Assembly (NCBI GenBank): GCA_964016885.1
Contig: OZ024753.1
Location: 1,736,001-1,800,000, forward strand
DNA from: Eledone cirrhosa
Lineage: Eukaryota
Reading direction: 5' to 3'
DNA: 64,000 nt
The translations under genes and the position numbers were made by a program. This document shows positions 29,281 to 43,914 of the stretch, piece after piece. The stretch's first letter is position 1; every line of letters starts with the position of its first letter. The notes beneath the pieces were generated by a model. It did no database searches, was not told where the DNA came from, and saw only the letters and a program-made list of their open reading frames with translations.

Positions 29281-29316
29281 TCTTCTGATGAAGTACTAGC
29301 GCCCGAAACGTTAAGA
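29281..29316 (+). ncRNA. Decayed minimal hammerhead ribozyme motif
   Basis: UCUU-CUGAUGA-A-GUAC-UAGC-GCCC-GAAA-CG-UU-AAGA: core, stem I and palindromic AACGUU are intact; stem II has 2 mismatches. Confidence 0.6.
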
Positions 29317-29414
29317 CTTTCTTCTTGCTATTTCAAAAGTTAAACTAATATATTCCTTCCGTACTATGCCATTTGTTTTGTTATTTTTGTTATTTCTGTT
29401 TACCTTTCACACAC

Positions 29415-29445
<31 letters not shown>

Positions 29446-29446
29446 T

Positions 29447-29561
29447 ATTTCAGCGTTTATTTTATTCTAAAGCTACGAATTAGTCTTGATCATTATAATA
29501 TATCATATCCTTCATATATATATATATATGTATACATATATATATGTGTGTATTTTTATTC

Positions 29562-29607
<46 letters not shown>

Positions 29608-29649
29608 ATATATATATATATGTATATACACACACATATATATATATAT

Positions 29650-29705
<56 letters not shown>

Positions 29706-29798
29706 ACATATATATGTGTGTATGTGTGTATTTTTATACATGTTTATATATATATATATGTGTGTGCGTGTGTGTGTATGCATATACACACATATATA

Positions 29799-29861
<63 letters not shown>

Positions 29862-29944
29862 TATATATATATATGAAGGATATGAAATATTATAATGATC
29901 AAGACTGATTTGTGGCTTTAGAATAATAAAATAAACGCTGAAAT
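29447..29944. repeat. ~74-bp inverted repeat enclosing a TA/CA microsatellite
   Basis: 29447-29520 is the reverse complement of ~29868-29944 with 4 substitutions and a 3-bp indel. Confidence 0.93.
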
Positions 29945-30499
29945 CTTTCAATTGTTTGCTGTCATTTAGAAACTAATTGACAATAATAATTTAAAATCTT
30001 CGAAAGAGACATAATTATATAAATGTATATTAACAAAATTTTGGCATCACTCAGAAAGAGATTTTGAATGCTGAATACTTGAGTACATATAATTAATGTT
30101 TTAGTGTATTGAAATAACAATTTGCACAAACAGGCTCCATAAATAATGATCAGAATGTTGTCTTTAATTCACTGTTCTCTTCTAAACTATATATATATAA
30201 AACATAATTACTGACTTATGATATATGGCGGATCATACACACATACACATTCATGCAGGCATAAACATACACGTTTATACAAACACATACACACATACAC
30301 ACATAGATAAGAAGAGATATCAATGAGGCCGAGTGCTGATTAGCCAAGAAGTGAAAAGAGAAGGTGGAAGAAACAGAGACTATACAATCTAATCTAATCT
30401 AATCTGGCCGAGTTTACACTCGCAAATAAGAAGAACCAGGGCTGCCTCTAGGAGCATTGGATTTGGTGTACTTCATATTTGTTTCGGTTGCTGAATACA

Positions 30500-30877
30500 A
30501 TCAGGGGTCGCTGCTACCCCCGAAGGTCAATAGTTCTTTTCTATCTCGAGCGGGAGCACCTTTCCATCGTCAATTTGCATTGATCATCTGCAAAGCCGCA
30601 TTGTTCTCAGAACCACGACACCAGTCTTTTGATGTGTGCAGCTGAAACTACTGCCACCATTGATTTGGCGGGATTTTCTTTTTTTAGATGGCCGTTGACT
30701 CTTATGAGTTCTTCCGCCCTTTGTCAGGTTTTGTTTTTTGTCCTGCAGGGTGTCCAAAACCACCCTCCTCACCAAGTAAACTTGGTGGGGTTGCGGGTTT
30801 AGTCGCCGATGACCCGACCATGCGACAAGTTGTACTGGGTTACATGTTACCAGTAGCACTCAAGAGTGACCTGACAT
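30500..30877 (-). mobile_element. 5' region of RTE-related element
   Basis: Minus strand TGTCAGGTCAC..GCTACTGGTAACATGTA..CCCACCAAG..CTTGGTGAGGAGGGTG..AAAACAAAACCTGAC..GAGTCAACGGCCATC aligns with 50890-51085. Confidence 0.8.
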
Positions 30878-31679
30878 TTTATACAAAGGTTAATAATAAT
30901 ATACAAACGTTAATATTAATAATATTTTGCTTTTATTTTGACCTTAAGTCATAAAAAGACAGAAACAACGAAAGAGAATAATAAGGACTGTAGTCTAATC
31001 CGCAGACAAAGAGGAATGACAGTGGGGTGTAGAAAAGGTAAGAAGGGAGAATAGAGGAAGGCAGACCGGGTGATATGATGTCTATTACATGACAGTGTCG
31101 GAAAAGGTTTGTATGACTAGGACTTTAGAATATAAATTCAAAATAGGGACAAAAAAACAATATAAAAGACAACGGAAAGACGGCCAGTCCCATCTCCTTA
31201 GTCAACCTCTGAAAATCACTACGGTTTCGGTACATTAAAGTTGATAGCGTTCATTCCAGTAAACATTGGGACATAACAAAACAGGCTGAGACCATGCTGG
31301 GGCACTGCATATATATATATATATATATATTACTCTTACTGTTTATCACTTACTTTTAGATTCTACATTTATCTCTTTGCTAAATTATTTCTTCATATGC
31401 GTGGGACGCTGAACATTTTCCCCCTTAATCCATTCATTAATTCCTTTCACAGCATTTTCATGGGAATTCTGAAAAGCTGAATATTTTGGAAACATGGATT
31501 AAGCCGAGATCTTTCAGCTTAGCTGAAATTTACTTGGATTTTTTTTCATTACCCACGTTCATCTGTCGACGCCAAAACACCAAAGGCATTACATATCATT
31601 CATACTCTTCCCTTCCGCCTCTGATTAAAAAGGTTATGAAGGAGGAGGATTGAATCATTATTTACCGACCTAAAAAATA

Positions 31680-32000
31680 ATGGTTTCTAACTTTGTCCAG
31701 ATGGGCGAAGGTGGTGGGGGGAGGCTTATTATATATTTGACTGGTACTTTATTTTATTGACTCCAGAAGGATGAAAGGAAAATTTGACATCGACGGGATT
31801 TGAACTCAGAAAGAAAAAAAAAGTCAAAACAAATACCGCTAAGCAACTGTCAGGCGTCATAACGACTTTACCATTCTACCGCGTTCACTAACGTCATGAG
31901 AGGCAAAGTTAAATTCGGAAAGAATTAAGTTCAGAGTGGAAAGAGTAGAATATAAATGCGGCAAGACATTCCTATCCGACATTCTGCCAATTCTCCGCCG
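31680..32000 (-). mobile_element. Two decayed SINE family A copies
   Basis: CTGGTACTTTATTTTATTGAC..GGGATTTGAACTCAGAA (~31740-31810); second fragment ~31893-32000. Confidence 0.75.
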
Positions 32001-32156
32001 TGAATATTTTCAGAGCAATTAGTTGCACTCTTTAATGTACTTCCTACAGCCAATACTCAACTTAGAAGCCAACATGGAACTTGTTTTTAGCCGGGTAGAT
32101 TGGGGTAAGCAGTAATTGTATGGACTATACTTTCAGTTGTAAATATTTGCAATCGT

Positions 32157-32322
32157 ACCGAATGAATACGATCACAAATAGAAGCAGCCGAAATGGGGTT
32201 CCTCCGAAATGATTATTCAGTAACGAGACTCGATAGGGTGCGTGGCTTAGAGATTAGGGAGTCGCTCCACGTAAAGCCGCTACTTCTCTGTTTCTAGAAA
32301 TCACATCTCTGATACTAAGGAA
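32157..32322 (+). mobile_element. RTE-clade LINE ORF remnant
   Basis: Translates IRSQIEAAEMGFLRNDYSVTRLDRVRGLEIRESLHVKPLLL with flanking stops, matching the RTE post-RT motif R.QAAEM.FLR..G.T..DRVR...IRE.L.VEPLL. Confidence 0.85.
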
Positions 32323-32793
32323 TTGATTTGAGGGTGATTTGGCTGATATTTCCAGCATATCGTTAGTCAACATAGACCAGTAGGATTTGAAATATTGGGC
32401 TTGTAGTCAGCTGTCCTGTATCAGAAGTCAAAGTAATTGTATCTCAAACAAATAAAATTGCGATTTCATATAAACCAAAGAGACTTCCAGGTTCCAGTAA
32501 TTAGATCGTTTGTGTTATTTATATTCAACCATCGATTGCTATAAATCAAGTTAGGGACAATTAATGTATCTATGGAAGACCGGAAATCCAGTAATTGATG
32601 AGGAGACATCTAGACATGGAAAGCTCAGCTTCAGTGATATTTCTGATGATTCCTAGCTACACTTAAGAGCGTTTAAATTGATGGTTGTAAATAATTTTCA
32701 GTTTTACAGGGCTGCGCTGATCATCAGTTTATATCAGCATGTGATATAAAGTTATCATATATGTACAATTGATATATTGATATATGTATATAC

Positions 32794-32851
<58 letters not shown>

Positions 32852-32886
32852 CTGCCTGTGTGCGTCTGTGGCTGTGTATATATATT

Positions 32887-32927
<41 letters not shown>

Positions 32928-33369
32928 GTGTGTTTCTTTACGTGACAAAGAAAACCCAAAGACCAGACGGGAGATTAATAAATCGTATCAGGAATATGAC
33001 GTAAGAAAATTGAAAGACCACAAAACCTCACTAGCATGATATTTGTGTAACCACGTGACTGGAATCGAACTCAGGAATCTCTCTTGGATATTTTTTAAGG
33101 AAAACATTGGATGCATATTATATTTATATAAGCATTTTAACAATTACCATCGCCCACCAAATAATTCTGTCTCCCCCCCCCCCCTCCCCTCCATCTTATT
33201 ATTATTGTCACCGCCTTCATCCTTATGTATTATTATCAATCACCATTATTTTCATAACTAAGTAATTACAAGGAAAGTTGGAATGCTATTTATCAATCAT
33301 CTTTTCAGAAAAAATAAATTCACGAAACTAAAAATAATTTTTATTCTTCATTTTCCAAATCATCAGATT

Positions 33370-33437
33370 CGTGTGTGTGTACGTACGTATGCTTGTATCT
33401 ATGCGTATATGTATCTATGCGTATATGTATCTATGCG

Positions 33438-33469
<32 letters not shown>

Positions 33470-33557
33470 TGTATGTATGTATGTATGTATGTATGCGTAT
33501 CTCTTTCAATCTTGTTCTCTCCCCACTTTTCTCTTCCTATATCTATCTATACACGCA

Positions 33558-33636
<79 letters not shown>

Positions 33637-33915
33637 CGAGTGATGGAGATCGAGAGAGAGAGATCGAGACAAAGAGAGACAACTGCACGTATGTACGTAT
33701 ATATGTATGCAGATATATATGCATATATGTATGTATATATGTATGAATGTATGCATGCCTGTATACATGCATGTATGCATGCTTGTATGTATGTATGTAT
33801 ACATGCATGTATGCATGCTTGTATGTATGTATGTATACATGCATGTATGTATATATGTATGTATGTATGTATGTATATATGTATGTATATACGTATGTGT
33901 GCAGGTATGTAGGTA
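33370..33915. repeat. Compound (TATG)n/(CA)n/(TA)n microsatellite with 36-bp duplications
   Basis: Visible simple repeats; GTATACATGCATGTATGCATGCTTGTATGTATGTAT is repeated. Confidence 0.9.
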
Positions 33916-34777
33916 TGCAACCATATATACCTCTATGTAAATACACTATCAAATATACGCGCAAATAGGATAAATACAGCAACAACAAGAAAACTGAAGG
34001 AAAAATTTAAAAATTAAATTATATAATTGAAATAGGTTGAAGTATAATGAAAAAAAGGAGGAGAGAAAATTACATTGATGAATATTTATTAACTGACTTT
34101 TATTAGATGGAATCGATAAGTAATGTTTCAATTTCTCATCGATATTTGCTTAATTTTTCATATCATAAATTATATTTCAAGTTTAATTTCTCATTTACGT
34201 AGTTTGTAATAAAACTAGATTTCTATCTTAAGATTCTGTCATGTAAAAATAAATTAAAGGTGTGACTTTTCAATGATTCCAACTTAATTGTTTTCTTTTG
34301 GCACGTAACAGGTTCCTATATATTTGGTGTGTGTGTGTCTGTGTGTGCGTAAATATAGGCGGTTGAGGTATCGGTGATCTTTTGGTGCTGGTAATGTTGG
34401 TGTGGGAAATGGTTAAGTATACCTCAGTATATTGTATGCATGTATGGAGTTGTAAGGGCGCCTTCAGGATACATTAAACCTGACGGTACCCACCCCTCTC
34501 CCAGTTTGAATACAGCTGATTTATTCCAGAATAGGGGGAGAGAAAAAGCGATAGTGGAGAGGACGTGAGAAAGAAATATAGAGGAAGAACTGATCCCAGT
34601 ACTCGATCTTGAAAGAATGAATTCCCAAGTTAACCTCCGAGAGATTAAAATTCAGACAGCACAAAGAGCCGACACGAATATCTTAAAGATTTTCACCAGT
34701 CATTCTAACAACTTTGCTAATTCGTCATCCATTTGGTGTATTACTGGAGTTATTTTATTGAACATCTAAAATAAGGA

Positions 34778-34980
34778 ATTTGACCTGTAAACCAAGTCTC
34801 GATTTGATCGGTGAGCCGAGTCTGGATTTGATCAGGGAATTAAATCAGGAAATGATTAGTGAATGAAATCTGGATTTGATCTGTAAACCAGGTTTAGATT
34901 TGATCGGTGACCCATGTCTGGATTTGAGCGGTGAACCAAGTTTATAGTTGATTGGTAAACCAAGTTTGGATTTGATCTCT
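34778..34980. repeat. Degenerate 24-bp minisatellite (~8.5 units)
   Basis: Consensus approximately ATTTGATCGGTGAACCAAGTCTGG at a 24-bp period. Confidence 0.88.
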
Positions 34981-37729
34981 GGTTCTATTATATTAATTTA
35001 GCTAACTGTATTCTTCCCTATTCACATAGCAAATGCATGAAAAACTTAACATAAGTTGAGCGGTTAAGAAAGGGCAATTGACATAGGTAGGATCTGATTA
35101 TAAATATTGGAAATCATACATTTTAGATATTTAAAAAATTCAGTGCAAATTTCTATTGTCAACTGTTTCTTTACCTAAAATAGTGTTAGGTTTCAGTAAC
35201 GTTACGTAAAATACAACCCCATGAAAATAGCTACAACTGGGGATTGAAATCGCCTTCCTGGCTCGACAGGATGTGGTCCTTACTTTATAACACTTACCTG
35301 TACACTATAAGCAAACGAATCTCACTAAAAGTCGCTTGGAAGCGATAATGGTAATAAGCTTGAAAGGAATAGTGATGTTTCTTCCAAGTAGAAAAAACTT
35401 CACTGGAAACATATTTATTTATTTAAAGAAACATAATCTTCCAGTGTTTATCGCTTTCCATATAGCAGACAAGAGAGAACTCGAATTCCTGATGAAACAT
35501 TTGGGGCTACATAATGGATTTAATTTACGCCATACAGTGACTTCACATAAAACTTCTATTTTCTCTCAGAGTCCAACATAAAATTGGTAATTAATCAACT
35601 TCCTTAATAGCAGAAAGGTGACTAAAGCTCATTAAAGCATTCATTAAACGGTGATAGAAGAGAGGGTGCTTCTAATAATTAAATTTTAGACTTTATAATA
35701 AATAAATGTTAAATTTACACGAAAATTGCCATAAAGCTATCTAGATTTTCATGGAGCATCAGTGAATTTAGAAATTATTTGCAACGTTAAATTTTAAGTT
35801 TAAAAAAAAAGCTACGTAAACTGTATTGAATAAGATGTCTATCGTGATTTTCCTTATTTGTTTCAAGTCATCTTAGTTGAAGTCATAAAACTAAAAATAA
35901 CATTCCTTCATTGAGATTTCAGGCGAATATGAAAATAAATTCCTATTTTAATTACATTCTTTTGTGATTTATCTCCGTGAAGTCTTATTGCCACAAACTA
36001 TCTATATATTCAATATCTGTCTCACTGATGGCTTCTTGATAAGCTGCTGACAGCTCTACAACGTTCTTCTGTATATTTCAAAGGTGATTAGTACTACTGT
36101 TATGTTAGTTTCATGTTTCTCTTTTCCCTATCATTTTGTGCGCGAGACCCAGCCCAAAGACCGCCCGCCCATCACCCCTCCACTTCCCCCTCCCTTTCTT
36201 CTGTGGCCCAAGAGTCCTTGCTTTTCTCCTCATTTTCCTCTCATTTATGGCATTATAGTCTTTTCCTCTACTTTCCTATACAGTCAGATCTGCCCTTCTT
36301 CCCCCTTCCCCCTTTTCTCATTAGTTGATTTTGTTTTTAGCTTTCTTTTTCATATTTATGTAATTATCAATGGTTTTTAAGCCAACGTTGTGGGTTTAAT
36401 TTGAATAAAATTACTATTTTCATGAAAAACAAGTTTAAAAATGGATACTAAAATACCAGATATAAAATAACTTTAATTGTGACTCACTCATAATTCTTTC
36501 TCAATTAACCGTCATGTGACGAGTGTGGTTGCATAGACGGCAAGCCTATAGTAAACCAAGTTTGTAACCCAGGTTACTATCTTAGCCGCGTAGCTATTTC
36601 GCTTATTCCACTAATGTACATCATAAATTCATTGATTTCTATCCATACAAAATCAATACCATTTAATTACTTATTTGATACACACCTTTCATCGAGGAAT
36701 TTGTCACATTAGTGCGTGTGATAAATACTGATCATCTATCTTACAGCTGTCTTAACAAAGATACAATTAGTCGATTTAATGAGAATGTTGGGCTATCACC
36801 AATGTTGTACAGTATCCATCATCAAGATATCTACAAATCAATGACTCATATTCTCAAGAATGTATTTTTAATTGATTTATAAATACTTGCAACTACATTG
36901 TTATAATTTAACCATTACGATAAATATTTCTGAACAATAAAGTATCCAAACTTAGAAAGAGAAAAATCACATCTCATTTCTACTTTTCAAAAAATATAAC
37001 ACCTTTTTCCAAGCTAAAAAGCCAATATTTATTAGCGTAGAAAGGGTAGCGAAAGATCAAAAACGCCAAATAGCAAAACTAAATACCTATTATTATAGAT
37101 TCATATTCCATTTGTATCGAATTCCCTTGTACACAAGATGGAATCGATAAAATAAATATATGTAACTTGATTAGACGTTCCTCTCAAATTGGCTGACCAT
37201 TTGCCATGTCATAATGACCTATATGCTTTTATACAAACACCATTGAACTGATATCGTTATGTAGTTTCACTTAAAGGTTTCAGAACTAGTGGTTGAAAAG
37301 GCACGAAAAACACATCTCACCTTCCTATCCCTGATGCTCGAACCGCCCAAGGAATAGTATCTTTATACAGGAACCATTAAACTGATCATCATACAGTTTA
37401 GGTTTCAATTAAAGATATCAGTACTGGTCGCTTGAAAAGCATGAAAACCAGACATATCACTTTCCTAACTTTAAGAGTCGATCCAACGAAGTAACCACAT
37501 TGTCGGTTGACATGCCAGAAAATATAACCAAATATCCTTAAAATTATGTAGTACCGTCTTAATAAAAATGGAAGAGCACGTTTGATTATGTTTTTTTAGA
37601 TGCAATGTCTCAATATATCTACTCGGAACACAGACACGCTGATGACTGCCAGTTGCCGTTTTCCTTTAATACTCATCATATATTACGACATACATTCACA
37701 CACAAGCACATATCCAATCAACACACACG

Positions 37730-37757
<28 letters not shown>

Positions 37758-37760
<3 letters not shown>

Positions 37761-37919
37761 GAATATATAAGTTTACTGGTATATAACCTGTTGTTTGACA
37801 TACAGCTTTACTAGTATTTGACTTCATCATGTTTCTTCCTCTAGCAAGGTGACATTTGTGGGGGTATATATATATATATATATATGGTATATATATATAT
37901 ATATGGTATATATATATAT

Positions 37920-37968
<49 letters not shown>

Positions 37969-37998
37969 TGTATATATATATATATATATATTTATATA

Positions 37999-38032
<34 letters not shown>

Positions 38033-38135
38033 CCACAAATGTCACCTTGCTAGAGGAAGAAACATGATGAAGTCAAATATTAGTAAGCCGTATGTCAAAC
38101 AACAGATTATATACTAGTAAACTTATATATTCATA
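37758..38135. repeat. ~104-bp inverted repeat enclosing a (TA)n array
   Basis: 37758-37861 versus the reverse complement of 38033-38135: few mismatches, inner ~45 bp identical. Confidence 0.94.
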
Positions 38136-40402
38136 GTAATATTTCTGCGATACAGTCAATTGTTTAAACATTTCAGATATGCAATATCTGTGAACGCATG
38201 ATCATCTGTATTGATTTCAAGGAGTGGAGAAATAAGAATTACTATGAAAAGTATATAGGCCGTAGTTCGTTTTTTACATTCCGACATTTTTCACTCTGAA
38301 ATCTGTGGTTTTATACAAACAACTGCATTACACACATACATCTATATTTATTATCATTATGCACTAAACTTAACCAAAACTCACACACACAGACACTTAC
38401 GTGTGCGCGAAAAATGTGATTGATTTTTCAAGAAAATCAATCACTGTGAGATTTTTTTTATTTGACTACTGACTGAATATGTATGTGAGAAGGTAGTGTA
38501 TTTTTGTCTGCGTACCTCTGTGTGTGTGTGTGTGTGTGTGTGCGTGTGTGTATGTGTGTGTGTGTGTGTTAGTGTGTGTGTTAGTGTGTATGTAGTGTGT
38601 CTGTGTGTTAACATCGCATTGCATGGAAGGATGTGTTAATTTATTGAGTATTTATTTACATAACTAAATCTATTTATATTGGAAACATCAGCAGACGTCA
38701 CAATGTATCCAGACAGACACAAATGCTTACATACACACACACACACACTGAACACCCTTGCAAACATACTCAATCACACACTGAACCATAAGCACTTATA
38801 CGGATACACACTCATACACACAAACTTACACATAAAAGATACGCACACAAACAACATACACATTCACTCACCCGCCACTAAGAATACACACACAAAAACA
38901 CACATATTCAACCTAACAGACACAAACGCATACACATACACACATATACATACACACAGACACTCTTATCTGTGCCGTATTTAGAACAAATAAGACCCTG
39001 AGCTAGTTAAGTTATGAGGCCTCTTACATTTGAAAAATTCACCGTAAAAAACAATTTGGCAGGAAGATGCCACCCACCCCACCCTGGTCACAGCACACCT
39101 AAGCACAATGGTAAATCTGGCACTGGCTACCATTAGTACTTCACTATAAAACACACAGATAGTCACGTACACACGTTCACACACAATTACCTACGCATAC
39201 ACACATGCACACATATGTTAATTAACTGCACCAGTTAATGTATAATATTGTACATTTATGCAGTCTTTGTCTCATCATTATTTCGACGTGTATGGTGAAG
39301 TATACTCTACTTTGATGGTCTAACAAGTTTGAAACATCGGATTTATCTCCTATACTTTCTGGTACAATCTAAATCATGTTGTCTTTTATTCATCAAAATA
39401 ATTATTTATGATTAGTCTTTTAAATGTTTCTTGCATTAAATACATTAACTACTATCATAACGATAACAAATTTATTTAGGTGTTCCCATTTTGGATTCAT
39501 GATGCCGGCTCGACAAGATGCCAGCTTACTTATCTGATCACTATTTAAGAAAAATAAAACAAAGAAGCACATATACATATAAAACTAATTCAGATTGTTA
39601 ATTACTCAGTTACCTTTGAATAAATGATTATTTTTAAGTATGTTACAGACATTTCTACAGAAAAAAATCAATGATTTAAATATCGACTAAGCACCATTTG
39701 TTTTGATTAATATTTTGTTATGTCTTTGTTCGGTCCATAACTGCACTCATTTGAATCTGTATACTAGACATGATGCTAAAATAATAGTAAATATATTCAT
39801 ATTAAATTGCTACCTAAAGATCTTATTTTACACATAATATAAGGCTATAAAGAATATTTAAAGGACGGATTAAAGTATAATTATTATTTGCTCTTCTATT
39901 ATATCGAAATGATATGAAAATATCACATCAAAATAAACATTATAATGAAATTACAAATTGTCTTTTTGAAGAGTTTAGCCAAGCCAGGAATATATAATGG
40001 GGCTTAAATATTCATAAGAGAGAATAATTTTAACAAATATAGTTACTGTTTATTCTAGAATACAGTCTTGATATATGGAATGGTTCTTTATTTTTTAGGA
40101 GAGAAAATAAATAAATTCTTGATTCTAAATATTGAAAGTGAAAAAGAAAATGTACATTCAATAATTGTTAGAATAACTACGTCTCTTTTTTTCTATATGC
40201 CAACTGAGATATCTCCTAAAAAATCAATGAATCATCTATAATCATGTCATATACAGACACATAAACACACACACACACAGATATATACATATAGACCTTT
40301 TAATACATATTTTGTTTCATTAATAAATGTATCACACATACACGCGCACACTCACGCACTTATATATGTATGTATCTCTCTCTCTCTCTCTCTCTCACTC
40401 TC

Positions 40403-40442
<40 letters not shown>

Positions 40443-41759
40443 CCCTCCCTCTCTCTCTATATATATATATATATATAGTAATAATAATAAATTTGAAGAC
40501 TAAAATCCAAAGAGGGTTCGATAAGGATACTAAATAAGCTCTCCTGCAACATATTGAGCACCGTTTTCCTTGATATTTCATCTACGGGTTTCTACATACA
40601 GACACACAGACTCACACACTCACACACACATATATATATTCATCCTGCTTCTCGCAGGGTCTTCAGACACGATGATGACCTCGTGAGAAGCACGTGAAAC
40701 TCCAAATTAAGAAAACTCACTCTTTAGCCTTAATAAAATTAATATTTAAACTCTACTTCGGTATTGAATACTCTTTATATATATATATATATATATATAT
40801 TGCCAGTCAGCCAAACAAGCAAAATATTTTATTTATAATTGTTAACTACACATCTGATTGTTGTTTGAACAGAGGCAACATAAGACAGAAAACATTGGCT
40901 GACTGCCAGAATCGATATCAAATCAATCTCTCGACAAATTTTAACTGATTTAAAAAGATTTGACAAAATGAAGATATTTTTTTCAATGTTTTAATATTCT
41001 TTAGTTTTCTACTTTTTTGATTTTCACTGATTTGAATTCCGTTAATTTTTTATGTTTTGTCTTTATTTAGGAACTCAAATATCTTAATGTTTGAAATAAG
41101 TCATAACAAACATTTTGAATAGTTTAGTGTGAAATAAGTCCATGATAGTAAAATAGAATAAAATATCAAATATTGCTGTTAAATTAACTCTAAATCTTTC
41201 ACTTTCTACTTTGTTTTTCGCTGAAAATTCTCCTTATTCTTCCTACTAATAACATGTAAATACATTGAGCTAATTCTGAAACTATTTAGCAATTATATAC
41301 TATCTTATATAATTCTTCACATACAAACTGAGTTATATATTATTTTACCTTTACTTTATATATATAATTAAAATCGAATTACGTAACTTCTAACAATCAG
41401 CGATATTTAGACACACCGGACTACTTTAAATAAACCCTATTGTACAGCCGACCCCCTTATTCTTCACTCTTTTATTATTATTACTCCAAGAACCGCCTGC
41501 CTAGGAACTTTATTAAACCGGCCACTCGACTAAGGAAACTTCTTGTTGAGTCAAACAACGCCGAACGTTAAAACTATCCCCGATACAGAGTACTCATAAA
41601 CTCTACTTGGATTACCTTAAACGATATCTTGTTATATATATATATAATTTCAGGGTACAAACTAGGGGATTTAGAATGTTGCTAAAGCTTAAGTAAATTT
41701 ATATATTCCATATACCACCACCATATATATGAGAAGTTCGGCATGGCGAAGCAGCTCCT

Positions 41760-42073
41760 TATCAGAAAGAGTCCTGGGTAGCCCTCGATCTGGTTCAGTC
41801 TGCCCGTCAGAATTTCGAGCTGGCGAAGTCTTGACCTGAGGGTGGAAGATCAGTAGTCTCCCATGCATACCAGTCTCCCATCTCCATGTCACCGATGTTG
41901 TTCATGGGAAAGGCAATGGCCGATATAACTTGGCACCAGTGACGTCGCAACTTATTTCTAAAGCAAAGGAATAACGTGAAATAAAGTGTCTTGCTCAAGG
42001 ACACAGTGCATCACCCAGTCCGAGAATCAAGCTCACAACCTCCCGTTTGCAAGCCCAATGCTCTAACCACTAA
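41760..42073 (-). mobile_element. SINE family B, full length
   Basis: Minus strand TAGTGGTTAGAGCATTGG..GAGCTTGATTC..GTGTCCTTGAGCAAGACACTTTATTTCACG..TGGTATGCATGGGAGACT. Confidence 0.85.
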
Positions 42074-42222
42074 GCATTACTGGTGCTTTATTTTATCGAC
42101 CCTATGAGGATGAAAAGCAAATCTTACCCCGGTGGGATTTAAAATCAGAACGTAAAAGGTTGTAACTATGCCGCAAAGCAAAGTATCGGACGCTCTACCG
42201 ATACTGCCAACCTACCACCACT
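42074..42222 (-). mobile_element. SINE family A
   Basis: CATTACTGGTGCTTTATTTTATCGACCC..GACGCTCTACCGATACTGCCAA. Confidence 0.88.
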
Positions 42223-42786
42223 AAGCGATTTTAATACTTCGAGTTTAGTGTTGATTGTTTTTATGTGAGTTATTTGCCGACTTTATAGAAACAAAATAAT
42301 GTGTTAACAGTGTGGTGATTAATTACCCGATCAATTTTTAATTACTCGGGAGAGAATTATTTGACTTAAAGCAGGCAGAGAAATCTACTGGAAAATTTGC
42401 TGTTGAAAAATGGCTATTGTTTCGTTTCTTGATTTTTTAAATTGTCGATTATACAAAGTTGATCGGATATTTCAGCTACAAGTGTGTAGTTTGTTATTTA
42501 GTAAAAGTGCTGCTTCTTACTTTATTAAATGGTAACATCCAATAGTTTATTTAGTTTTCAAATTCCTCTTCGTTGTTAAAAGAAATTCCTACGTGAAGAA
42601 AGCGAATTATTACTGATATATATTTTTCTGATCAGTAAACAGTTGGTTGAGCAACGAAAGCTGGGTCTTCATTTCCCGACAAGCTGAAGATCGCCAGCTA
42701 TTGAAGTATCGACCGCTTTCCGGTGGGGTTTTCGTTGAACATATAGACTTTTGGCTTTGTGGGTCCATTAAACAACATAACGTAAA

Positions 42787-43733
<947 letters not shown>

Positions 43734-43914
43734 TCGCTTCTGAATTTGTTTAGCAAGATTCTTTATCTGAAAACATGTGTTGAACCCGATATTGTTATGC
43801 TTTGGGAGGGTCATGTTGCCAATAAGAAACACACGCACCAGTTCCTTTCACTCCAATTTATTATAAATTAAATTTATAAATTTAAGAATTTATAAATTTC
43901 CGGTTGATTGGTTG

